Shown here: positions 26,901-39,400 of the stretch, piece by piece | Numbering within the stretch: position 1 is the first letter of the stretch | Layout of the letters: the number at the start of each line of letters is the position of its first letter | Source of the DNA: Octopus sinensis | Taxonomy: Eukaryota | DNA: 64,000 nt | NCBI RefSeq assembly: GCF_006345805.1 | Contig: NC_042998.1 | Span: 92,318,001-92,382,000 of the forward strand | Direction: 5' to 3' | The notes under the pieces: generated by a model | Told to the model about the DNA's origin: nothing | Database searches by the model: none | What the model saw: the letters and a program-made list of their open reading frames with translations, nothing else | Made by a program: the position numbers and the translations under genes

Positions 26901-29900
26901 AAGTACCAAACTTTAAACATAAGTACTACAGTTGATTTGTTTGATTAAAATCCTTTACAGTGGTGCCCAGCATGGCTGCAGTCCAGTGACTGAAGTAAGT
27001 AAACAATAACAAATACAAAATACCTTCTTAAAAAAAAAATTGATAAAAGTGTAATAGGCAATGAAATAAAAAACAGTCCAAACAAATAACAAAAACAAAT
27101 ATTGAAAAATTAATTACTAGCTTATTAATTTATGTGGATGTGATACATTTCTTATTAGAGATAAGAGTGTTTATTGTTTGCAAAGATGTGTTAGTTTCAA
27201 ACCTCCCTTACTGATATGTACAAGTTTATCTGCACTATAGTTCTATAGAACCCTTGTTCTCTCTGTGATTCTTATATCATGAGCTATTCTGGTATTAACT
27301 GATGAGGCTGGACTTGAAATAGCACTGAGAGCCAAATGGGTTGCTAAAACTGCCAAATGGACTGCTAAAACTGACTGAGTTTGCATTTCCTGTTGTCAGG
27401 ACCAATCACTCTGTACATTCAAATGTTGTCAGTGGAATAAAAACAAACCCCTTACTTGAAAATAGGAAAGGGTTAGTGGCAGGAGGGACATCCAGTTCTA
27501 AAGTTGCTACCTTTAAGAAATAAGTCTGCATCTAACCCATGCTAGCAGGGAGAATATGGACATGAATGAATGAAAAGAGAAACAATTGTAAACAAACAAT
27601 ATCCCATTTATACAAATGAACTCAAAATAGTCTAAATCCAACCTAGCATACTGTTGTTAATAGTTTAAAATAGTATATTTAACCATTTTTATGTCAATTC
27701 ACCTGAGACTGCAATTGGTTCTATGATTAAAACTTCTGCTTTTACAGTGATCTAAATTAAAATCTTCCATCAAAATTTCAGGTTAATTTAGGTTTCAAAT
27801 ACCAGCTTAATAGCAACAAAGTTATGTCATTATTAGTAATTAAACAAAATAATTACAAACAGGCCAACAAATTATCTTCAAAATAACAAGAAAATATAAA
27901 CGTTATTAAGATTAGATACTAAGAGCCAAGCAATCAGAAAGAGAGCTTAAGAAAAATTAATTCTGAATATATTAAATACTGAGCATTATACAAGAATATT
28001 AAAACACGGTGATGAAAATAATGTAAGGGTAGGCAGCAATGTCCATATTTTAGTTTTATACAAAACCTCACATTTCCAAATATATCTGCAAGTTCAGTTC
28101 TTTTTATCAAAAAATATTGGTATTATGTGAGTTTTGGCCACATTGTGTAGTAACAAGATTGGGTGCTACCCCCACCTTCCTTTCATGTGAACCCCGCTGC
28201 CTGAAAAGGTACTTTTTTTCCAGTTCTAACACATATACACAAAACAAACAAGTGAATGAATCTCTCATTTATATTATCAGAAAAGTGATTAGCAAGCTGT
28301 AATCACATGAAAGGCATGAACACCAACCAGTCTCCATTCTTTCCCTAGAAACATGACACATAATAGTTATGCATATGTGTGTGCATACACAGAATTGATT
28401 TTACCTAAAGCATTGCTAACCATTTATTATTAACCATAGAACTGCAAAAAAAAAAAAAAAAAAAAAAAAAACGTAGTGAAAGAGAGATGTGCTCATGCTT
28501 TTTATACATTATGTGTATTGCAAGTAGACTAAAAACATCTATATCGCAATACTTATAGAACATTTAATTCCATCAAATGCTGCTATCCAACTTTCACTTA
28601 AAGAAGTGCTTTAGAAAAAACAAACAGCAAGATACATCTTTAAAGTGAAGAGTCTTAATCACCAATATTACTTTATAGTTGTTGCCAATATCTAATGCCA
28701 ATGTACATTTTGTGGTTAATGGAGATTTCTTTACTTGTTTTCTTTCAGCCTAACTCAATATACAAATTATCCTGTAATGCATTAATTTTTAATATGTTGC
28801 AATGTGCATTTTTAAAAACTAAGCTATTGACTGTTTGAAACAGTAACTATTATAGGACTGGTATTTAGGTTTGAATTGTATTTACACCAGGTAGACAGGA
28901 AATTTTAAGAAAAACAAATCCAAAGAGATTTGGAATAAGCATTAATTTTTGTGGGGGGGGGGGGATAAAAAAAAAAGAAAAAGAAAATGAGAGCGAAAAA
29001 ATCCAGAAAATGCCAAAATGTCACTTTCTTTGAATTCTTTGTAGTATTTAATACAAAGAGGGGAAAAAATAGTTTCAGATACTGCATGGTGTATGCAATT
29101 TTTTGAACACCATTAATCTGGATGTGAAACCAACATATTTCTATTGAAAAATGTTCAATAACATAAAAAGGCATTGACAGTTAATGCAAAGTGCTTATTT
29201 CTATATTTATCATTGAAAGGATATTTATTTTCCATGTTTAGACAACTGTACAACTATATTTGCAGACATGGCAAAAAAAATAACAATAAAATAAAATAAA
29301 AATAATAATACAGCAATTTCATACTGATTTAAACACACATTTTCCTGAGTGAGTCATGAGTGCTCGGACAATCAGTTATCCATACTTATCTATCTACTAA
29401 AATATAAAACAAAATGTTTATCAAGTATAAATTCCCACAAAGCTTTAGGCTGACATGCTCTAGGAATTTCAAAGGTTTCAATATACAAACAACTAAAATG
29501 AAAATGGATAATATTATTATTTTGACTAAATAAAGGTGATTTTTATATTTGATGAAAGAGGCCTGGTTGATTCAACAGAGCCACTTGCAGTGCCTATTAT
29601 TTTAACCTAAAGGAATGTATTGTCAAATCCAACAGATGAAGAACAATAATTTTGTGTAAGACATGGGAAAGTGGCCATGCTGGGGCACAACCATGAAAGA
29701 TTTTAGTTGAACTTATTGATGCCAGTGCATACTTTCAAGTCTGGTACCTGTCTTAATGATCTTCCTTTGTTTAACTGCTAAATTAGTGGACCTAAACAAA
29801 CAGTTTTTTTCAAGTATGTAAAGGACAGACACAGAAACATGAGCAAACACACACACATCACAGTATCTTGGTATGGACAAGACTATTGCATGTTGTTATA

Positions 29901-32900
29901 CATTGCTGGTCCCAATGTGCTTCACATTGTTTTCGCCTTAGAATGTTGCCACCCTGCTGCCTAGGCAAGCAGGCCAACATCCCCGCTGGGTTATCCATTT
30001 ATAGCTGAGTAGACTGGGGCAACATGAAGTGTTTTGCTCAAGAATACAATGCACCATGCAGTCCAGGAATCAAACCCACAATCTAGCAATTGTGAGTGCA
30101 ACACCTTAACCACTAGGCCATGCACCTTCACACACATATACATGTATGCATCTCCATCTACCATGTATACTCTCAAGGCAGTGGCCAGCTGAAGCTACAG
30201 AAGGCACTTGTCCAAGATGCCATGCAGTGAGTCAAGACCACATGTTTGTGAAGCAAATAGCTTCACCATACAGTCACAGCTATGCCTGCACATGATATAC
30301 ATTTTAAATGAACACTTAAGAAACTTGTTTATAATATGCATTTACTGAACAACCTGTCTATTTAAAATGTAAAATAGCCTTCTATATTTAAGATAACTAA
30401 AATATATCAAAACATATAAAACACAATTAAAAATAAACAAATTATTTGCAAATGATACACAGAGAAGTAAAAAAAAATATTTACGAAAATATAATTTTCG
30501 AATCAATATGTTGTCAATATAAATATCCATTTAGTATTTGTAAAGGTTTCCAGCCAGTTCAGCTGATTATTTTAATCCTTGTATAATCAAGCTAGGATCA
30601 TGAATACCATAAAAATTTAAATATTCAAATGGCATATATTCTTTTACACTTTATAATAGTTTCTATTGATGAAAGAATTTTAGTGGATATATGGTCCAAA
30701 ATAGTTGAAACCAAAGAAATTTTTCAAATCTTCCAATTCTAAGCCAATTTAAATGCAAAATATTAAAAAAAATTATGCTCATCATAACATTGCTTAAATA
30801 TATTACAAGAAATGATGATCTTAAAAATACCTCTAAAGAATTTGTGTTTACACAATTAAGTCACACAACATATCACTGATGAGGTTACACATGGTGATGA
30901 AAAGACTTTGACAAAACTAACTGTTTGACTGACTGACTGAACAGTTAATCAGTTAGTTAATTGGTTAAATGATTAAGCAAATGACAAATAAAAAATAAAG
31001 AAGTGAAAGAGCCATTCTGTGTGTTTAGTACTGGCATCATGACTATCTTGAGATATAACCAGAAATATTTCAACACACCACTTCACATAAAGTATCTTGC
31101 AAACCAAATACAAAAATTAAAAGAAAAAAGTTTTTCAAAATATTTTCATTTCCTTGATTACCATTTGATAAAATAGGAAGTTAACTGGATACCTTACAGA
31201 AAATGCAAGCTGCATAGCTTCTCTCTCTTTCACACACACACACTCACACACATGCACACACAAACTTTGTAGTCCACATTTGATTCTTTATTACATATAA
31301 TTCCACAGTTACAGATTTAGGTTCCAAAATAAAATTTGACCAATCTTCTGTCTCTAAGAAAACAAAAGAAAAAATATTTATCACTAGCTAATTTAATTTG
31401 GACTTGGTAAAATTTACTTGAAATAGTATATTTGATTAGAATTGAAGTTTAGGAGTGGAATCTGTCTAGTGTCAAGTAAAATAATGCTTTGCTTATTCAA
31501 AAAACATGACCCAATGCTTTTATCAAGATTTGAACCGATGACCATTTAATCACTAATCTTGAACAGAGATCAAGATTTTATTTTTGTAATGGTTCACTTA
31601 CGAGTTTTGGTGTATTTGTGTGTGTGCGTGTGTGTGCGTGCACACTATTACACATACACTTTGAAAATTAGTGGTGTTTTCTTATCCCTAGGGAGATCAA
31701 ATATATTTCAAATTTTCAGTTTATTTACAATAAATTAAGTCAAGGATCACAATGAAAAATCAAACAATGCCTACAGAACAAGAATAGAACAAGTGACATA
31801 AGTTAGAGTCTTATGAATTAATGAAATTGTTTTCCTTTTCACTATTTTTCTATCCTGGGTTTATATTATAAAGACAGTATTAGGCTGCCTGCATATTCAA
31901 AATAATATATTCAAATGTCACAGTTCAGAAACAAGGTAGCAAGTAGTCAGTGAATATGTTTATATATTCATGTTTGCATGTGAAGAATATTTCAGTTGAT
32001 AAAATTGCCTTCACAACTGAATTATTCTTTATCTACCTCCACTAGTGTTGTTAAGGCATCATAATGTTAGCTTGAAACAAACTTTGTATACATCTAAAAT
32101 GACTGGTTAGTGACAAGAAGATTACACTCCAGAACATTTCTTCATCTATTAGAGAACTTGTGTGAAGAATGGGCTGAGTATAAAATTCAGGCTCTACTTA
32201 GCTAAAATCACAATCAATATTGATCTGTGAAAGAGGGACAAAATTACCTTCTGTGGAAAATCAGTTTTCTTTTTGACATTTGACATTTTCATGGTAAAAA
32301 CCAGATAACATTTTTGTGGTTGAACAATTGTGAATATAAGTGGCCAAAATGGGGTTCTTCCAAAGGATCTCTAGACTAACATTACTCGACAGGATGTGTA
32401 ACTCAGAAATTAGGGAGTCTCCCCAGGTTGAATCACTACTTCTCTTAACTGAGAGGTCACAGCTCTGACACAACAGACACATGGTTAGAATGTCCTGGGA
32501 AAGTATTGTAAGACAGAGTTTTCAAGCTGAGCCAAGTGTTAGGAGACTTGGGGTAGACTATGAATGAAATAGTAGGATAATATCCATAGTTCTAGTTGGT
32601 CATGCTTGAGAATCCAGCTAGAAAGTGTAATGATGATTGTTTTTGATGGGACCCTATAGAAGAGATGGTTGAGGGCTCTTACCCCATGATCCTCTCTGAA
32701 ATAGTGACAGAGAAAATGAATGGATGTTTCTACTGTTTGTGTAGTGGATTATCAGTTGGAAAGTTAACAGTCTATGATACACTACACACTCTTAATGGCC
32801 AACTCCATCTATTATTATGAGAGGCAACACTAATTTTTATAGAGATTATAAAGGGATGGCTGCAACGAGGCTATTCTGTTTATGCTCTACATGAAGGCAA

Positions 32901-33389
32901 TTAGTTTTGAGACTCACAAAACTGAAAAGGCTGCAAATTTGTATAGATTCTGATGATTGTATTTAAACTCTTGAACTATTATCAACTAACTACAAAGACA
33001 CTTGGTTTTTACTTACTATCAGATTTCAGAGAATGAAATGTAGACAAACTTGTTCACAATGTGACTATTTGATCAAAATTTATCTTCACAGAATACACAT
33101 ATAGTGATCAGAACTTTAATACCTAAGCCAAATAAAAGAAGCCTTTTTATATTACGAAGATTTGTAAATGTTTGTCAACTACCAGTACTTTTCTTTAAAA
33201 AAAAATTAAATTTTAAAATATTCATAGTGAAAATATAGTTCTTTTCAGATATTTTATTTCATAAAAAAATGGTAAAAAAATGAACATTGAAAATCTTTCA
33301 TCTAAAATTTTATTTTCCTTCTCTTACTGAGATAAACCTAACAAATGCTTATAAATATACATGTTGAAGTATACTTAAGAATTTTACAT

Positions 33390-33460
<71 letters not shown>

Positions 33461-36400
33461 CCATGATTAATAATACTCACCATACCATGAATTACTACTT
33501 TATTTTTTAAATAACATTAGAATTCAGAGATAAAATGTTTAAATTTTGAATACTAGAGTAACTACTTTATGTATAATTCATTCTGCCAGACAGTAAAATT
33601 ATCATTTTGGTTTTTTTTCTGCAATGAAAAGTTAGTATAGAAAACATGTAGGTATCCTTAAACTATTTTCTTTGCTATTCAGCAAAAATATTTCTTTATT
33701 AAATAAACAAAGTCATGGTCTAGTGTGTAAACTTTAGATAAAGGTATATTGAAAACATAAACATAATACAAGTCACAATCATTTTCATATCCTTTGGCAT
33801 TAACATACTTTTTCAGACATCTGGAATTTTATATTAATAATGTAATATAAAAATTTGAAATATATATATTTCACAATCCTGGCAAGTGTGAAGTGAAAGA
33901 TAACATATGGTCTAAACACAATGAAGACTACTTGACAAGTCATAAAATTGAAACAACTTGAAGTTTGAAGATCATTAGAATAAGAAAAGATAAGCAATGT
34001 TAGTTACATAAACTAAAATGATATAAGCACAAGAAGAAGCCTAATTTGATGGTTCATTAAAAAGTAGATACTGTATATGAGTTATAATAGAATATATTCA
34101 GTTAGAATGGATTGAATTAGCAAAAATGCCTGACACCAGAATAAAAAAAAAGTTCAATCTTAATTAACAAAAACATTTTCACTTGATCTAGTTATCTGGA
34201 GGTTGTTAATTAACTGTTATTGAAATGTGTAATCAATAACTGAAGTATTCAGTACTTGGTTCATAAAAAGAAATAATCTGCAAAATATGATGAAGAGTAA
34301 AAGAAAAAGAAATGTGATTCTATCAGTAAGATGTAATTCTCATATATTCAGTTAGATAACATGTTGTGGTGATTTTCTCTATCAATACGGTTAACAAGTT
34401 GTACTTAAGAGAGTATACAGTTAAAAAAGATATTTGATATTCTTTTAAATCTCATTAGATATGATTAAATATAAGAGCATACCTGCTGCTTATAATACCA
34501 GATTTTATATTAACAGTTCAACAAAAAATATGAACTATGGACAACGAAATAGTTTTATCTGGAAAATTATTTTGAAGGTTAATTAAGAGAGAATTATAAA
34601 AGCAATAAAATAAACTTCAAGATGTAAGAGATTACCAGAATATGAGATCACCAGCCAATAATGATCTATCACTTATAATTATAATTTTAGAATTCTAATG
34701 AATTAAATATTAAAAGAAATAATAATGATAATAATAATACATCAAATGAAATGTAGTTTGAAATATGTAATAATTTGTTATATCTTATAAGTAAGATATA
34801 ATATATTTGGTTTAGTCATAGTTATGTAATAAACTATGTCAACATAGAGTATATAATTGTCAGTATAATATACATTGGGTTCATAGTTTATAGTATTTTG
34901 AATATTTTATTGTTTCACTATGAAGTATTGTTCCTGGTGGAATATGAAATTAAGAATAATCAAAGAAAATGAACCAGTGAATAATGATAAAATGATTGGT
35001 GAAATTAATGGAGATAATAAAGATAAGATAGTGTCTGGCATGAAAGAGAGCAGCAGACAATACTACATGGCTGATGAAAGGAAATGCAAATTGAGAATTA
35101 ATTATTGATAAACAGCAACAGCATTTAAGAATGAATAAATAAAATTACAAATGAATTAGATCAAACCATGTGTTAGGATATTTGCTATAGAAGAAAACAC
35201 TGATGACACAATAGTCCAAAGTATCTTTCAGATCTAAAAGAGAATATTATATGAAGAATGTTGCATGAAAAATGAAATGGAAAAACAAGACAAAATAAGA
35301 AGATAGAGAGAAAAATGGAATTATTCTATGAGTGAAGAATATAATGAAATATAATTGTCAAAGTTTGATTAAGACTGATTTAAAGTAATGAATAAAGAGA
35401 CTAGTTGTCTTTGGCTTTGGTGCAGCTATAACAAAGACATAAATGAATGATTGTATGAAGGTTCAATTTGCTTTCACATGTGAACATGGAAAAGTAGATG
35501 ATGATAATGATGATGATTATGACAATGATGACAACAATGAAAATGATGACAATCCAGTTTAAAAGTTGAAACTTAAACTGAAAGCAACAGCCCTGATATA
35601 GAATGAACAAGTGCAAGATCAATACTTGTTATTTAGCCCAAGGTTGGCTTTAATCAAGCAAGGCACTAAAAGTATGCCAGCTGTAACCTTCCCGTCTTTT
35701 GTTTCAGACATAGTATACAAGGAATATATTATCCAATGTGTTGTTTTGCTATTTTTAAAGATAGTGAGGTGTGAGTAGAAAGAGGTTTGATTGCTGTTTC
35801 TAGAAGACTCAATGACAGTATAAGATACACCCTAATTGCATCTATGGTATTAAGAACAGTAAATAGTTCTGAAATGTACTTTTAGACAGAATAATTTGTA
35901 AGAGAGAACCTAATTTTAATGTAAGCAGGCGACCAAATTGGAACAATTAGGTGAATGACTCAAGGAGATGGAAGTAGTGATTAAATAATAATAGTTGGAA
36001 GAATTACACAAGGAAAGGTAAAACAAAGTAATGAATCATAAATACCAATTTAGGAGGCATTTTGGAATTAAAATGAAACAGAAAACAACAGTGTCTCTAA
36101 AAATCATGAAATGACTAGAAAATAATGGGTATAATGATCCAAGAATAATATAATTTAAACTGCGAAAAGAAGGGAATGGAAATCGCTCTAGAAGGAGCAG
36201 GTATTCCCATAATTGATGTTGAAAGATTTAGAAGTAATGCTCAAAAGTTTGACTCCTGACTTAAAGAAGGCAAAAAAGTTGGCAAAAAATTAAAGTAGAT
36301 ACAAATCTTGAAAAATAAAATCATTATTTCTATAAAAAACAATGCACAGGGAAAAGAACTACAATTAAAAAGTGTATAAAGAATTACAACAGTCATCCAT

Positions 36401-39400
36401 GTATCATACACACTGCCCATTGGCCAGCTTCTGTAGTATTTGTCCTGAGGTAATATCTCTAATGGACATGCTGTGTTAAAAATACAATAAATATCAGAGG
36501 AAGATGAAAATTTCTCCAAGCAGTGGCCAGTGAGAATGCCAAATGCATTTTATTGTATACCAGAGCCAAAAAACATGAGGGCAACAAATAAAAGGAAATA
36601 AAATCCAATGAAAGCACAATGAAAAAAGTGCTCGATTCATAAAACCTCAATGATATAATATTATTACTCGACCAAGATGCAACGCTAACAAAAGAGAGGG
36701 TAAGAACAGAAGGAAAACATTTCCAAAATAGTGCTCACACTGATGATTGGTAAATAAATGTAAGAACAAAAGTGAAAATCCTACTGATACAATGGAAGCA
36801 CAATGGCATGCTCTCAGATTACATACAAACATTGACACAAGTATTTGATATAAATTTCTTATTAAGAAACTAAGCCATACAATTATAAGGGAAGAATATG
36901 AGATTGTGTAGCATTCAATCTATCTTTAATGATGTTGGCGATATAGGAGAATAAGGGAATGAGTGGAATTAAGGTTCAATACTGAATACTTCAATTGATA
37001 AAATTGACATTCTAAAAAGCCCATACAGCAACAGTGAGCAGAAGTTTTATTTCCTTTAATAGAAACTGTTATCAATTAATAGAGTTATTTTGTCACACAG
37101 AATTTATTATTGTGAATCAATAGAAACTTACGAAAGGGAATCGAGGGTCAAGAATGTCATAGTTTCATGTGTATATGCAAATGAGATCCATTCAATCCAT
37201 GCCATATATATTGGGTTGGCAACTAAGTTCCCGCCGTTTTTTTAAATTTAAATTTTTAAATGATTTAATAAAAATAACAACTAATTAATCAATAGTGTAT
37301 TCACTCTTGTTGTTTACAACTTCTTCCCAATGTTCAACAGCCTTCAGAACATAATATACACTTCCAATGTCTACATTTCTACACATATGATAACTCAGAT
37401 ATTCCAATGCTTGAACACACTATCATAATGGATGCATCATTACTTTTCTATCTTTTATTCTCTTAAGGTCTTAGTTCTTAACCTGAAGTATCAGGAGTAA
37501 TTAAATACCACTACAACAATATTTAAATTTCTTTTCTTTTGTTATTATCATAGGCATAGGAGTGGCTATGGTAAGTAGCTTGCTTACTAACCACATGGTT
37601 CCAGGTTCAGTCCCACTGCATGACACCTTGAGCAAGTATCTTCTGGACATATTAAATAACCAGAGATGACGATAGAAAGAGAATCCAACAAGATCTAGAA
37701 TTTGAAATGGCGAAGACATCCCAGACTAAGAAGAAAAGTTCACTATCAAAAGACTACAGAGGGACAATTCCATCATAATATTTCCAGCGGACAAGGGAAA
37801 TGCTACAATGGTGATGAACAAGTCTGACTACTTGGAAAAATTGGCAAGTCTTATAAGTGATGGTAGCTACAGCAAAGCAAAGAAAGATCCATCTCTGAAA
37901 ACAGAGAGGAAGTTGTCACAGATCTTGATTAAGAACCAAGGATCACTTTACACCAATGAAGTACAGACAACTGACTCAATACTACAGTAAACTACCTCAC
38001 ATGTATGGTCTCCCTAAGATTCAAAAGGATGGTATTCCATTAAAACTTATAGTGAGCTGTAGAGGTTCAGAATGTCATCCACAGAGTCACTTCCTTGTAG
38101 ATATAATCAGTCCATTACCAGGAAAGTCAATATCGTATGTGGAGAATTCCACCCACTTCACAGAATTGACCAAGGATATCCCCATGGAATCCAACCATAT
38201 GGTGAGTCTAGACGTGATAAGTCTGTTCACTAAAGTCCCAACTGGTGAAGCACTATCGGTGATTCAAGAAAAACTAGTGACAGACACCCATCTAAAAGAA
38301 TACACTAGTTAAACAAGAAGAAACTCGATGGAAATGTCGACCTTCTGTGTAGAAACTACCTACTTCAGTATGGACACTGATATATATTGACAAGAAGAGT
38401 GTTTAGCTATGGGTTCGCCATTATATACATGGAATACTTTGAGAATTTGGCTTTAGGATCAACATCACTAAAACCAACCCTGTAGCTGCAATATGCTGAT
38501 GACACCCTTATACTATGGCCCCACCAGGAAGTTGTCTAAGAGCTATTAGGTCATGTGAACTCAGTAAAGCTATCTATACAGTTCACAATGGAAAAGGAAA
38601 AAGACAATCAGCTTGCATTCCTGGATGTATTAATAACATGCACCAAGTACGGATTCAGGACATCTGCATACCACAAACTGACCTTCACTGGATGATACCT
38701 CAACTTCAACTCCCACCATCCATACAGTGTAAAGAGAGGGATTGCTCAGTGCCTACAACATCGAGCAAAGAATATAAGTAGCGATTGTGATACCCACCAC
38801 GAAGAAATGATCAAGCTCAGTAACAATCTATTAAGCAACAACTACACCAAAAGCATACTCTCCACTCCAATTATGAAGAAAAGCGGGAATAAAACCGATA
38901 AACTGTCCACAGTCTGTCTACCCTATGTGAAAGGCCTCTCCAAAAAGATACAAAACATATGCGGCCCATATGACATCAGGACAGTATTCAAGAGTAATAC
39001 AACACTTCGCAAATATCTCCTTCGAGTAAAACCACCAATAGAAGAGAATATGACTAAAAAACTGTGTGTACTCCATCCCATGCAGCTGTAGTAGGTTATA
39101 CAAAGGTGAAGCATGCTCCCCCCCCCCCAAATAAGGGTAGAGGAACATTGCAAAGCTGTGACACAAGGAGATATTGATAAATCGGGTATACTTGATCATG
39201 CATGGAAAAATGGAGATCACCTTCCCCTGTGGGATGAAGTTAAAATAATAGACAGAGAACACCACTGGGAAATACAAAAACTGAAAGAAGCAGCACATAT
39301 GCTAGAACGCAACAACCTCCTAAGCAGACCGAGTGCAGATATGAATAGCATATGGGAACTGGTATTAAAGAAGGATAGGAAAATATTATATTTATAAGCC

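Noticed and set aside
32240-32930. Possible decayed CR1/L2 LINE fragment on the minus strand
   Set aside because: Only a vague PILA..IHNC resemblance, with no diagnostic motif I can support.
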